A stretch of DNA of 64,000 bases from Diadema antillarum (lineage: Eukaryota): positions 124,001 through 188,000 of the forward strand of contig NW_027271573.1 of assembly GCF_040938485.1 (NCBI RefSeq), in the 5' to 3' direction. Position numbers and translations under genes: made by a program. Below the pieces are notes generated by a model. It did not search any database. It worked only from the letters and a program-made list of their open reading frames with translations, and had not been told where the DNA came from. Of this stretch, positions 10,030-23,698 are shown piece after piece. Each line of letters starts with the position of its first letter. Position 1 is the first letter of the stretch.

Positions 10030-12331
10030 AATATTGATTATTCAGGTTAATAATACTGGTTATGATGAGATAGATAATTTTGTACTTAAGGGTGTTATTT
10101 CCTCGGTTGCTGATCCACTTGCTCATATATTCAATTTGTCAATTCTTATCGGTGTGTTTCCCGATAAAATGAAATTAGCTAAATCCCAATATTTAAGGCA
10201 CGTGATAAGTTTGAAATCAGCAATTATCGCCCAATTTCATTATTATCGTCATTGTCCAAGGTCTTAGAAAAACTCATTTATAAGAGAATGATTAATTTTT
10301 TGAAGGCACATGAGGTTATTACGAATTATCAGTTTGGTTTTCGCGAGAAACATAGTACTACGCATGCTCTTTTGCATTTTGTTGATAGAGTTGTTCATGC
10401 AATTGATAACCATTCTCATTTAGTTAGTATTTTCTTGGACTTCTCCAAGGCCTTCGACACTATCAATCATGATATTTTACTTTATAAGTTATCGCATTAT
10501 GGAATACGTGGGAAGGCCTTGGAGTGGTTCAGGAGTTATTTAGTTGATAGAAAACAATTTGTGACAATTAAAAACTATGATTCAGATGTCAGAGAAGTCA
10601 AATGCGGCGTCCCACAGGGAAGTCTTTTAGGGCCGTTATTGTTCATTATTTATATCAATGATTTTTGTCGCGTACCCGACAGCCTCTCTTTTATTCATTT
10701 TGCAGATGACACAAATGTATTTTTTGCCCATAATGATATTGATTTTCTTGTTCATAAAATCAACATTGAGTTGAAGAAAGTGACAAATTGGGTCAGGGCC
10801 AATAGGCTATCACTCAATGCTCAAAAAACGAAATATATGCTTTTTAGTAACACTGTTGACAGTTTAAGTATGAATATAGTATTAGATGACTCTCATCTAC
10901 AAAGAGTCTCACATACCAAATTTTTGGGTGTCATTGTGGATGACAAACTTTCCTGGAAATCACATGTTGATAATGTTTGTAATATAGTATCACGTAATAT
11001 AGGTATAATAAATAGATTGAAATTTTATATTTCACAAAAATCATTACTTATGTTATATTCGTCGTTAATATTGCCTCATCTTAATTATGGAGTATTAGTT
11101 TGGGGCAACACCCATCAGAATTTATTAGACAAAGTGTTCCTTTTACAAAAGAAAGCTCTTCGTGTTATCTGTAATTCCCCTGTATGTTCTCATACAAATA
11201 TGTTGTTTGCCTCCAACAAGCTCTTAAAAATGACAGATTTGTTTTTGTTTAATTTAGGGCAATTTATGTACAAGTATTGTAATAACTTGCTTCCATCTAT
11301 TTTTGATTCTATGTTCCTCAAAAAGCAATCATTTCATAAATATCCCACTAGGCGATCTGGTGAATTTCATTTACCTCTTTTAAGAACGATTTTTGCTAAA
11401 AACTCACTTATTTATGTAGGCCCAAATTATTGGAATTCTTTGAATCATGACTTAAAAGATGCTCCATCCACATACTCTTTCAAGAGGAGACTTAAGTCTT
11501 TTTTATTGCAATCGTATGACTCTACAATACTGAATTAACCTTTTGACTTTTTTTATACTAACCTGTTTACTTTGTCCCCTATTCGAAGAGGTTTGCAATG
11601 TTGTCATCTATGCCATATTTTACCCATAGAGTCTAGTAGCTGACTCTCCGTGTGCTACTTCGGTTCATATATCCCTCTATTTTCTATTTTCTTGTCTTTC
11701 TTCAAGGCGTCAAAATTTCGCTTTCCCCAGCAACTATCTTCTGTTTCTCTCGGCATGCTTCTGCCGAAGATCGCTGTTTATGTTTATGTTGTTTCTGTTG
11801 TTCTGTTACTGTTTCTGTCTCTTGTTTGCGTTCTTGTCTGCTATTTTGTCTTCAGTTGGTCAGTCTTGTCCACCACGTTTTGTCCTTTACAACCTTTTCT
11901 TTAGTAGTTGTCTTGCTGTCTAGTCCTGTTTTATGTTAGTTCGCGTCTATGTAAATGTATTTATTTGTTAATCTAATTTCTAGTGGGCTTCCAGACTTCT
12001 TCCACTTTGTTATTTGTTTGTATATACGACGGTTCAATTTAGGATCTTTTCGTTGATGTTCTTCTCCAGAGGGACCCACATACTACAAGCTCTGTCTTTT
12101 TAGTGGGTCCCTCCATTTTTCGCATTTAAAACAACGGTATACATGTATTTCGCTTTGATCACTTATGTTTCTTTCTTGCAATACAATGTATGATTACTTT
12201 AGGTCCTCAATTGTTATACTCTTTTTATTTCACTATGTTCTACTTAACCTTATTTTCTGTTACAAAATGAAGTGAAACATATGCTTTTTGTTGAAAAATG
12301 AAATAAACTTTGAACTTGAACTTGAACTTGA
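10030..12331 (+). mobile_element. 5'-truncated non-LTR retrotransposon (L2/Crack-type CR1-group LINE), antisense to the host intron
   Basis: RT-encoding ORF2 remnant followed by a ~780-nt 3'UTR. The UTR has an 11-bp stem-loop (GAGGGACCCAC 12069-12079 / GTGGGTCCCTC 12103-12113, loop containing ACAAGC), AATAAA at 12302 and a (TGAACT)n tail at 12311-12331. No endonuclease domain is present. Confidence 0.92.
10034..11538 (+). pseudogene. LINE ORF2 reverse transcriptase with a single frameshift
   Basis: TGYDEID...IFNLSILIGVFPDKMKLAK, then a frameshift at 10183/10184 (about 4 nt of VI lost), then PIFKARDKFEISNYRPISLLSSLSKVLEK...FLDFSKAFDTINH...GVPQGSLLGPLLFIIYIND...FADDT...FLGV...WNSL...FKRRLKSFLL. 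All are canonical CR1/L2-group RT motifs. Confidence 0.93.
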
Positions 12332-14699
12332 TAAACATAATGTACATTGAATAGCAAAACGTATTCGACAACGGAAAACATGGATATACAGTACTTTGCA
12401 AAGTAACATAAAACATATTATATCAATATGCCACAACACAAGTTCACCAGAGTGCCAAAATATCAATTAAATCGCTATCATGTGCAAGAATATATTACAA
12501 AATAAATTTGTCTGTTTTACTTACAAATAAACTTTTCTCAAAAAATCTTTGAATGTAATTAATTTTTTTAAATTAGATTATGTAAGAAGCAGATCTGAGC
12601 AATTTATCTAGCTTATTCCATTCAAGTAAAGAAAAGTATGATTGGGCTATGACAATCGGAGCGATATCTTGGCACACGTAGACTTCCACTGTTTATTTGT
12701 CTTGTGTGATATTCATGTACATCATTAGGTTTAAATCCGAATGAATATATCACAGCGTCAGCATAGCTTTTGGGGTAATAGATAGGCCCAGGTAAAAACG
12801 ATGACCATGTCACATCCATCTCATGAAATGAATTCCTAGTCGTATCCGGCGATTGCAATCTGTGCTGACGTCCTCATGCTTACACGCGGTCTACAGTAAA
12901 AAGCATGGCGATATTAACTGCTGGGGGACATGACATTTTTTTTTTCTTCTCATACTATTATGTGTGTGTGGGTGTGTGTGTGTATGTGTGTGTGTATGTG
13001 TAAAGGAGCACTGTGGGATTCCACCTTAATAGAAACGGATGAGAGGGTCTGTTAGCGTGACTTCTTGACGCGTCTAGCTTGAGCGATAGGCATACTTATC
13101 AGACTTGAGGCCACATTTCCATTACATTTAATAGACTGCCATCCCCTCCTTTATTCCTTGGTGACTGACTAGACGTACTGTATAGCTGTGGAGCGCCCGC
13201 CTTTGATAGCAGAACAACGCCACATTGATTGACGAAAGCACACACATTTTGGTAACCACGTTTACGACGTTCGGTCAGGAGAATGCATGGATGGTGGGGG
13301 GGGGGGGGGGGTAAGGGAAAGATGGGGTGGGGAAGGAGTATATTAAAGTGAGGGAAGGGGATGAGGCCAGGTTGCGTGTAGTGTGTATGGGGAGGGGGTA
13401 GGGGAGAGAAATGAGATTGATTTACGTTCGTATTGGAGGAGGATTGATCGGTGGTGCGTGTGTATTTAAGCCAATTTTGATCTCCAGGGGAACATTCATC
13501 CTAATTCATTCGGGAAAAAGAACCGTGACGTAGACAAAAGAAACCTAACCTGACAACAATGAGAAGAACAGCTACAACAACAAAAGCAAGAACCCGAAAA
13601 AAAAAAGGGGAAGCAAACCCCTTGACAACGATGTATGATCACTTTGTGGAAAGCAACACGAGGTTTGCACGTCCGTGTAGAAACAGTTGCACAAACATAA
13701 TCAGATCACGCGCTGAATTTTGAATCTATATCATAACGCCTGACAAGCCAATGATGTATGTAATTGCCTCCAGGAGAAAAAAAAAAAAACTTACAGCAGT
13801 ATAAGTGCTTGAATAAGTAAAAATCTGGGAATATGATTCCGCGCAGCTTATGCCAAGCACAGACACGCCATAACAAACATACTCTTCAAAGATTTCTGTA
13901 AAGGTGGATCACAACATACGTCATATCTAACCATGATAGATTCATTCCATTATTTGCTTCTTTTATATCCTTTTGCGGATGTATGTTTGAATCAGTGTAT
14001 CTTTACGTATGTTCCTAACAATGGTGATTTGCACCACGTAATTAATGTAATAAGCTTGCATTTATGACGCTATAGTGACGGTGATTACGACGGGGGAAAC
14101 GTTGAGCTGTAAAAGGAAATCTCGTGTGATAATGTCGGAGAAGGAATTATTGCACAGCATGCAAGAAGAGTCTCACAGATCTGTCAAATGGTTTCCGGTT
14201 GTGCTAAAATAGGTCGGGGTCGTGGAAGGATGAGACGATATTGAAATATATATGATTCATACGCAAGACTAAAAATCTACCGCCTGTCTCCCACTTCGAC
14301 TGCCATGATTCTTGAGTGTCTGCTTGTCTTTTAATACCTGTTGCTTTTTTTTTTCTCTCATAAATTCACCCCGAGTTGAAAGATGATGCACTTCAATGCA
14401 TCTCATGAGAACGAACTTTAACAGCAGGCCTCTTCTTCCCTAACGCCCGTGGCATGTGTCCCTTCGTTCCCTAACAATGGAAGAGGACTAATCGCCCCTG
14501 ACTGAAGTACGAGTTCTGCCTCGATAGCAGGATGTGCACTGGCGCTCTTGATTTTGTGGGCTGCCCGTCTTTAGACAGGTCAAACTATTATTCCTTATTC
14601 TCTTCCCCTCACTACCAAATAATCAACCACCACATCTCTCCACTCCTCTCTATCACTGTCTATCCCTCTTTATCTCTCTCTCATACACTCACTGTCTAT

Positions 14700-14703
14700 T
14701 TCC

Positions 14704-14750
<47 letters not shown>

Positions 14751-14880
14751 ATTTTCTTTCTTTCTAACTTTCTATCTTATCCATGTATCTATCGTTCTGT
14801 CTATCTTTCTATCTATCTATCTATGTATCTATCTATCTACCTCTAATTCCATCCTTTATCCCTCTATCTATATATATATT
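14700..14880. repeat. Compound (TCTA)n/(TTTC)n microsatellite
   Basis: Direct inspection. Confidence 0.9.
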
Positions 14881-15720
14881 TTTCATGATATTCCCTTCAT
14901 CCCTTTCATTATCTTCATTTTTATTACTAGCTTGCACTCTCAGAAGGATTTAGTGTTTTAATTGGAGAATTTGAATTTGAACATATGCCTCGTGCTGATG
15001 ATTCTATACTTGACTTCTGTGAAACAAAATCAGTCTATAAATGCAATTTAAATGTCAGTAATGAGAAAAGTTGAGCAGGTTAAATGTGAACAGATCAAAA
15101 ACTAATTTAGTTTGGAGGGTTGAGGACAGCAAAAATTAAAAGAATCAATATTTGGAGATTATGTTAATCAAATGAACATTTAAGAGTTTCATATTTCAAA
15201 GGAAGGTTAAAATCAAGGAAGAATTAAACCTTTGACATCTTTCGGACATGGTTAAAGACTCGTAGGATGTGGAAAAAAGGGATTCAACTAAAATGAAAAA
15301 GGTGCACAGATAAAAAACATTATTTTCTGGCAAAACTAAATTATATGTCACCTCTGCCACAAGACAGGGCCCAGGTATACTTTGATACGACTTTCGCTTC
15401 CTCTTCTCTTTCTTTCTCTCTCTCTCTCTCTCTCTTTGTCTTAATGATTAAAATCATGATTACAGAGAAAGAAAAACTTTCTTAAACCTGCCATCATAAT
15501 TCCTTTCGACAAAGCACCTCGTAGGATGATTTGTGGGTGTGTTTCTGTCTTATTTTTCTTTCCGTATTCATCAATCATCCTTATTTTCCATCTTGCGTAA
15601 TGTGCTACAACTATAAATCGTTAAAAAAATGAAAATCAACACAACATTTTCTGGTGTGAGTATATTCTGAGCTTTAAGCATGATAGTCAAGCCACACATC
15701 TTTGGAAAACAAAATCTTAA

Positions 15721-16044
15721 AGGGATGGTACAGTATTGGTGGAGATGAAAATTGGGCTTTAACTTTTTTTGCGAGATACCAAGAAAACACTTATGAAACA
15801 GAGCATACCATTTTAGAGGAATTCAAATTCAAAGGGCTTGGAATAGCTGAAACATCCAAAAAACAAATTAAAACAAAACAGTCGTAATAAAAGGTGGGTC
15901 CCACACTTTACTAGAATTGCTCTGTTTTCGATATCTCGGCCAATTCAAAACCAATTTTCTAACATTGAATCCCTCTTGGAATTACATGCTCTTTCATATT
16001 TCATAAGAGGTTTCTCACTATCTTACCAAAACTGTACGATCCCT
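15721..16044. mobile_element. Kolobok-like MITE (324 bp)
   Basis: TTAA on both sides (15717-20, 16045-48); TIRs AGGGATGGTACAGTATTGG and reverse complement AGGGATCGTACAGTTTTGG. TTAA target with purine-starting termini is Kolobok-like. Confidence 0.8.
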
Positions 16045-18239
16045 TTAAGATATTCATTTAAAGAATTCTGCAAAAAGATGTGATCATGACTGATTATCTG
16101 TGTTCAAAACTCCGTTTTCGTAAAGTATAGACACAGGCATATACATGTATAAGCATCCTGAATTTTATGATTACTATTTCGTATACATGGAGTCATCAAA
16201 AAAAAATTATCATTTATGAGAATTTCGATGTCATCTTGTCAGACATCAATTGATGTAACATCCCATTTTTCAACGTGAAATTCATTCGCTTCCGTTTTAC
16301 AACACACACACTTCTAACAGTCTTCGAGAGTCTAATGAGATGAGCATTTTTCGACATATTTCAACAAATTCGCATGCTCTCTTTAAAAAGAAAACCATGC
16401 GGATAAAATATATGACTCTGTGAGTAGCATATAATTGTACTCACAGAAAACAATTTTCATTTGTGTATGTGTGTGTGTGTTTGTGTCTGATTTCCAGTCA
16501 TTTGGTTGTTTCTTCACTTGCTTTTAGAATACTTCCATCACATTCTAGCTACGATATACCGGCTTTACATCGTCCCCGTTGACAGGTGTTTTACAATTGC
16601 TTCTGACCTTTCAGCCACCGCATTTTAACGCATATTATTTCAAAAATATTGCAACATTGAAATGCTACACGTCTGAACCACGCAGCTGTATAATGCTCAT
16701 CTTTTTCACACTTTCAAACTACTCGACCTAACCGAATACTCTTCATCAGTTTGTCGAATGTTTCATTGGTTAGTTTTCCGCTTTGTTTCCTTAGTATCAA
16801 GTATCAATGATTAATCGAAACAAGTGGCATGCTTCTCGAGTGAGTAGCGCGGCACATTTTTCATCCACTTCACCATCGCAGTCGTACAGAGAATATAGAT
16901 GGCGCGCCTTGTAGATTCAGCTGTTCACGGAGAAAGAAAGAAAAGAAAAAAATATTTGTTGGTCAATGACAGTTTGCATGGCTGAATTCGAGGAGATCGG
17001 AATGGCACGCACATTAAACGTTTGACCAATATCATATTGATTAAACATTATAGCAATCAATAGGTACGACACCTGGATCATTTAGTTTGCTCTGTTAATA
17101 TTTCTTTTTCTCTTTTTTTTTTTCTCTCGCTGCTGGCGTAAGGAGATTGTGTTTTTTGTTTTTATTTTTTTCCCCGAGTGGTCCGGATTGAAAGGAGATG
17201 TGTTATGGGAATAAAGAGTCGTCTTCCAAGAACCCTCAATGCCTCCTCCCTTTCTCTCTCCCTCTTTCTCTCTCTCTCTTTCTCTATTTGCCTCTCTGCT
17301 CTTCTTGCTCTATTTCTTTCTCTCTTTATCTCTATTGTTCTTTCTGCCTGTCTCCCTCCCCAGTTTTGAATATACGCGTCTTTCTGGCTTTCTCTCGTCT
17401 GCACGTAAATCTCTTGCTCTGTTTTTTTCTCCTTTGTGTATTTCTTTCTTTCTTTCTTTCTTTCCACCTGTCTGTCTCTGTCTGTCTGTCTGTCTGTGTG
17501 TCTGTCTCTCTGTTGTGTTTTGTTTTTCTCTGTTTACCGCGCATTGGTATTGATAAGGAGAAGGAGAAAGGGAAAAGGGCACGGAAAGAAATGCAGGGCC
17601 GATAATTGAAGTGATTCTTGTTTTTAATGCGGCCGTGCGAGGGAATTGATCCTCGCTAGAAAACAGGAAACGCAACCGCTTTCAACCATGTGGTAGGGAA
17701 CAGATGTAGGGAACGCTGGACCAATGGCGAACAGGAGGTGAAGGCGACATTTTCGAGATGGTCATCCAATCCAGGTGGGCTCACCACGGTGAACTCTTTG
17801 TGGATACAGATGTTTTTTTCTCCTTTTTTTATTGACCTTTAGATACTGGCATGGTCAGTCGTGTTCGTTTCTTTATACATTGATTATCTCTGAGACTTTT
17901 TTTCTTAAGCATATTGCACAATTTGAAGCATTCAATGACGTGTCTTTTGTTTCTAGCACAGATTTAACAATTTAATTCTTACATTAATATTCGCAGTCCT
18001 GGTGATAAATGGTCATCATTCGAATGTGGACATGTTGTTTGTTTATTCTTGCCTCGTCACCCTTTCAATGTTTTATTGGTATAAAGACAAGGCAATAGGT
18101 TTCCATGGCATTCATGTAGTTGTGTAGAAAATGATGGGGCAATGATCCTCACAGATAGTGGATAGCGATTTGGCATTTTGAATTTCATACCTGCAAGAGT
18201 CTTATTCTCTGCTCTGTAAAATAACAAGTTTTTTGTTGT

Positions 18240-19092
18240 CCGAATCCTACTGACCTACTGATTCATTTTTCCGATATGTCTATTGAAAATTGTATTTCAA
18301 CAGTTGCGATCTTATTCACTAGAAATACAATGGGTGACACTTCATAAAAATGGCTCGGTCACGAATACCATTAAGAACTGCTACGAACGCCGTACGAACG
18401 ACTTTTTAGACAATTTCGCAAGATCTTCTTAAGAAAGCTGTACGAAACCAGCGTTCGTAGACCGTTCGTAGACCGTTCGTAAGTTCGTAGCCCGGTCGAT
18501 GGTCTTGTCCAAGATTTTTTTTTTTTTAATTTCGTACTAAACCCTCTCTTCGTTTGGCGGCTGTAACTCCAGAATTCGTACGAACAGGTCATTCGTACGA
18601 ACGCATCGTTCGTACGAACCTTTGTGACCGTAGCTTATTGTAGCACATCTTCTCCCCTTTGCATCAATAAATTCATTCTTTCATTCAATGAGCCTTGTCT
18701 GCCTTTGACTGTTTTATCATGACAATATCGGAATTCATAGTCGGGGTGTTTGTTCCAAGTTCATCGTGTCACTCCCGACAACCAGGGATAGCCTGGTGGC
18801 AATATCGCTGTCCAGAAAGTAGTAAATTACAGACTCGAATCCTACTAGCTCCTTTTCCGACATGCTTGTTAAAAATTGTATATCATCAGTTGTGATCTTA
18901 TTCACTAGAAATGCAGAGGGTCACACTTCATTAAAAAATATTTCATCGCACCCCTGAATGTTCTCGATAAACAGTTGCAGATCATATCAATATTGTAGAT
19001 CAGCAGTTGCGATCTTATTCACTAATATAAAGAGGGTGACACTTGATAAAAAATATCTTATTGCACCCCTGAATGTTCCCGATAAACAGTCG
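18240..19092. repeat. Three diverged copies of a ~110-bp unit (CAGTTGCGATCTTATTCACTAG...GGGTGACACTT...GCACCCCTGAATGTTC)
   Basis: Copies begin near 18301, 18887 and 19006; the first is cut off where the 18352 MITE begins. Confidence 0.75.
18352..18635. mobile_element. Harbinger-like MITE with CGTACGAA/TTCGTACG subterminal repeats
   Basis: Termini GGCTCGGTCAC and GTGACCGTAGC; inverted arrays of TACGAAC. Confidence 0.7.
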
Positions 19093-20238
19093 CACTGCAC
19101 AAGGTCGGTATTGCTCAACGCACAGTGCCACCGAAGTGAGGGGGCAGCTCGAACAGAAAGAAAACAGTCTATCCAAGAAATGACCATTCTTACAATCATT
19201 ATTGTATAGTTATCATTATAATCATATTGGTACTGTTTCTCATGTCATTATCATTATAACAAGCATTATCATTGCTGTTATAATCATCATCATTATTATC
19301 ATCATTGTTATCACTACTGCTACTATCATCACTATAAAAATTGTTCTATGTCATTGTATGTGTCGGCTGGACTGGAACACAGCTGACGTAGAAAATGAAC
19401 GACGATTTGAACTACCTCCGTTTCTCGACGAAAAACAATGCGAAAACAAAATAGGTCTTTTTTGTTGTTGTTGTTTCTCGAAAGATTATATTTCAAGAGG
19501 GCCCAGACTAACGCTTATCCCATGCACACCACATCCTATGACATGTGATATTCAAATCCCAATGAAAAGGAAATAAAAAACTAAAGGGAGTGAAAGAAGC
19601 ATCGAGCGATTTTTGATTAATCAAAGCGTAGTGCTGAGTGATGAAGCTCATATTATCCCTTCTCCCGTGTCCCTCCGAAAGCCTAATTCACATACCCGGC
19701 TCTTCTTCATCCTTTGCCATAGCTCAACCCGAGAAGACACGACTATATTGTACCGAAACATATCAGTACATCACTATGGTTGCTCTGGGCAGCGATAGAG
19801 TGATTTTTTTTTTTCGTGATTAAAAAACCCGGGCGTACCGCAAGAACCCAAAACCTTCCAGACGATTTTGATCCATATTTTCCGTTTTCCCCCTGACCTC
19901 AATCCTACAAGTTAATCGGCTGAATCTCTCCCCTTCTATATCCTCCGGGGTTCGTTTTTTCCTTTTGTTTTTCCTGTAGTCACTGTTCCACGTCAAAATA
20001 GATGAAAAATGGTGAAATAATGTTCATCAATATTCGATGAGGTATGCACCTTCAAAACTGGACTACCCATCGGACAGACTTTTTCATTTTCTTGTTTGTG
20101 GTGCGTGAAAGCAACAGGCAAGAGAAATCGTGAAAGTGATGGAGCTAATACCCGTAGAGAGAAATGACAAACTCGGCGATAACATTAAAGATGAGAACAG
20201 GGTAGCCAGAGGAAAAATATATAATCAGTCACAAGTAG

Positions 20239-20377
20239 NNNNNNNNNNNNNNNNNNNNNNNNNNNNNNNNNNNNNNNNNNNNNNNNNNNNNNNNNNNNNN
20301 NNNNNNNNNNNNNNNNNNNNNNNNNNNNNNNNNNNNNNNNNNNNNNNNNNNNNNNNNNNNNNNNNNNNNNNNNNNNN
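20239..20377. other. Assembly gap (139 N)
   Basis: Run of N. Confidence 0.99.
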
Positions 20378-20850
20378 TCAGGAAGATCAGTGGATGAATA
20401 TATTGCCATGATAGATAGATGCCTATAATCATACAGTTGAACATGAGTATTGTGACACGAAATAACGGATAACAGAAACTGGAAACACAATTAGAGAAAT
20501 GTACAGTATAATCATAGTATATCGAAACGTTGGACAAACGTTTAGGTGGTAGCGCCTCATATGAGTTTAAACATTTATTATTAGATATATTCACGGCCGT
20601 GCGGGATTGCCTCCTTACTCCGCGATAGGAGGAGAGACATATAAAGTGGCCGTTGTGTGACATAGTCCGCAACAAGTAGCCCGTGTATGATACATTTCCA
20701 ATGTGTTGTTATTGTTTGCTTCTATATGTAATAAACTGTACATGTGTTCCTGTAATGCTGACTTCACTGTGTCTTCTTGAGTGTTCTACCACGGTACAAC
20801 AGCTTGGAGAGTGGTGGTACATGTTCCTGAGAAGACCAACTAGCAAGTCA

Positions 20851-21067
20851 TTGGATTTCGGGTATAATGGTAATGTGACTTGTCGCATAGTCCGTGCCCA
20901 ATCCAAGTTCCAGCCGCCGCCATTGGATTCCGGGTATATTGGTAATGTGACTTGTCGCATAGTCCGTGCCCAATCCAAGTTCCAGTCGTCGCCGTTGGAT
21001 TTCGGGAATAGTGGTAATGTGACTTGTCGCATATGCCCTGTGCCCAATCCAAGTTCCAGTCGTCGCC
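20851..21067. repeat. 72-bp minisatellite, 3 copies
   Basis: Units start at 20851, 20923 and 20995 (TTGGATTTCGGGTATAATGGTAATGTGACTTGTCGCATAGTCCGTGCCCAATCCAAGTTCCAG...). Confidence 0.95.
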
Positions 21068-22455
21068 TGAGGAAGTTGGTAACGGTGCGAGACACAACAT
21101 AATACATGGTAGCATAAAGACTAGTAGTTTTAATAATTTAAAGGGATCGTTGTAAACTGCAACAAAACGAACCCCGCCTACTCGGCCATCCTGACACGGC
21201 TCGCGGAGACATTTGTACAGACAGTCAAATACACTCTCTTAATTCACGACGAGAAGGCGAGTTCGTCACAATATATGTAATATATGAATACACAAACACA
21301 TATAAATATATACATACATATATACATACATATTTAGAGAGACAGACAGATAGACAGAGAGAGAAGGAGAGGGGGAGAGTGATAGAGGCGTATATATCGT
21401 TCGTTTGTAGCTCCATGGTTAGAGACACAATCGTCTCTGCGAGAGTAAACTGCGAAGTTCTAGTCAACGCAGGCAAATTCACGAACAGTCCATCTTCCTA
21501 TTACGAATATCAAACCAAGAATGTAACTGATACTTTGGGTTAGGGTTATGGCAATATAACTTTGCTGTACAAACTGGAACATCTAATGCTCTGCACTTAT
21601 GCCAGTTCTTCTTGAATGATGTAATATCTCGGTCATGTACTCCACAGCAGAAGAAGAAGGTTTTGATCCACGGATGTTGCTGGGAACGAATTTCAATTGA
21701 GTGTATATACACCAAGGTCGAAGACGTATAAGGGATAACGACTTATTCCTTGAATCAGGCGATAGATGCAAAAACACAATATTTGCAAACGACTGGAATC
21801 TTCAATGTTGCTTCGCATAAAAGTACAGAATTCAGAAGAACCAACTCCTGCGACACAAAGTTAGCATTTGTAATATATGAGGGGGTCATATCAATCTTTT
21901 CGAAGCTTTTCTTTCTCGGATATCTTTTTGAAATAATTGTACTTGACAAGGAACCAAGTTTGCTCCTTTATGGCCAGAAGCCTTCAGCAGTAAACGCCTT
22001 ATTTTCCAGTGGTCCTTCCAATCTTCCTTAAGAGCGCATGCATCCTGATAGTAAGAAAAGGCCACTAACCGGGCGTCGACCGCTTGAATCTAACTTTGTG
22101 ACCACTGTGTGGGCTTAAAGTCTTCGGAGTTTTCCTTTCCGAACGTTCAGTACTTTTGGTGAGCATATATCTCAACCACTTGGGAACGAAATGCGTTCGA
22201 TAACTGTTGAAAGCTCAGCCTACTGTTCAATATCAGCACCCTCGCAACGTCCTCTATACTGCTCTTGAATATTTTCATGTGCGGTTTACCCACCTGAAAA
22301 AAGTCGATTTGGTGTTTAGTGACCAAAAGATTTTTTCGTCTGCGAACAGGGGTGCCGCAACACTTACAGTATTCTCTTAGGGTTTTCTATCTCTTTCTTT
22401 CTGTTTGTCCCACTTTCTTCCAATATCACAATCCACCCGGTTATAAATCATAATC

Positions 22456-22486
<31 letters not shown>

Positions 22487-22763
22487 CATCTATCTTTGGC
22501 ATATGTAGTTTGATATTCTCCATTTATGATTATAGCTGTCCTTTCCACCATTTCGTATCAAAGGTTTATCTGAACCTATTTTCTACCTACCTGACATCTT
22601 CCTGGCATATGCAGTCACTTTCGATTATTCATAATATGCCTAACCACCTCCGTATCTATTTCCAACAATCGAAAGTTCTACGTCCATTAGCTTACATCTA
22701 CCTCCCCTTTATTGCTTGTCCGTTCTTATACAACATATACATATATAAATATAATACAATATT

Positions 22764-22775
22764 GTATATATATAT

Positions 22776-22840
<65 letters not shown>

Positions 22841-22855
22841 TACATGTATAATGTT
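22764..22855. repeat. (TA)n microsatellite; others near 25975, 26260 and 26860
   Basis: Direct inspection. Confidence 0.95.
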
Positions 22856-23646
22856 TACACGCTATTTCCAGCCATAAGGGGAAATGCGGATTAAATGATA
22901 GTTTTTGATAAATTTTACTGAACAGTGGCAACAGTGAAGAGGGTACCCTGGATAGAGAAGGTCGTATTAATATTATTGTCAAAACAGATAAGTTAGATAC
23001 ATTTTGTTTTGTTTCAGAAACAGAATAATAAGGCAGAAAAGGCGATGATTTTGATTAAACACTAATTCGATAAAAACTGCTTCTATCCATCGCGCCACTG
23101 TGACACTCCAAGCGTGTACTATCATGAAGGAATGCAAAAATGCGAGAGGACGGCGCTAACGAACGTCATTGCATTGACGTTTAAAGAGGAAGGCGGTATA
23201 TAATCATCAAACCTACGAGTAGGTTTATCTAGGACCGTGGCTATTGATGACAAACTGAACGATCCTAGACACCTCAATTAACCCGGCAGCTTGGATGACG
23301 CCCTAAAGGTCTTTCCTCTTCCTAAGAGCCGGAAATCGGGTGTCTATTTTCCTTTTCCTCTTTGAAGGTGAAAACAGTTAGTGTTTTCTTTTCTTTGTAT
23401 AAAGGCAAAGAAACGAACGAGGTGATTACTTACGCCCATGTGTATGCGTGGATCATGTATAGTATGTCTATATATAGCTATCTGTCTACATAAATACATC
23501 TATCTATCTATTATCTATCTATCTGTATACACAATTTGTATATGTAGCCGACACGTAGTATGTTGTATGTATCTATTATCTATCTATCTGTATACACAAT
23601 TTTTATGTAGCCTGCACGTCGTATGTATGTATGTATGCATGTGTGA

Positions 23647-23698
<52 letters not shown>

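Noticed and set aside
17162-17675. Microsatellite-derived ORFs (poly-HT, CV, YI, ER, LS), here and throughout
   Set aside because: Translations of simple repeats.
21140-21160. Kolobok-like left ends TTAAAGGGA at about 21140 and 56945, and TTAAGGGG at about 27820
   Set aside because: No matching right TIR/TTAA found.
21479-22031. Cluster of short ORFs that might be a decayed transposase
   Set aside because: No recognisable catalytic or family motif in any frame.
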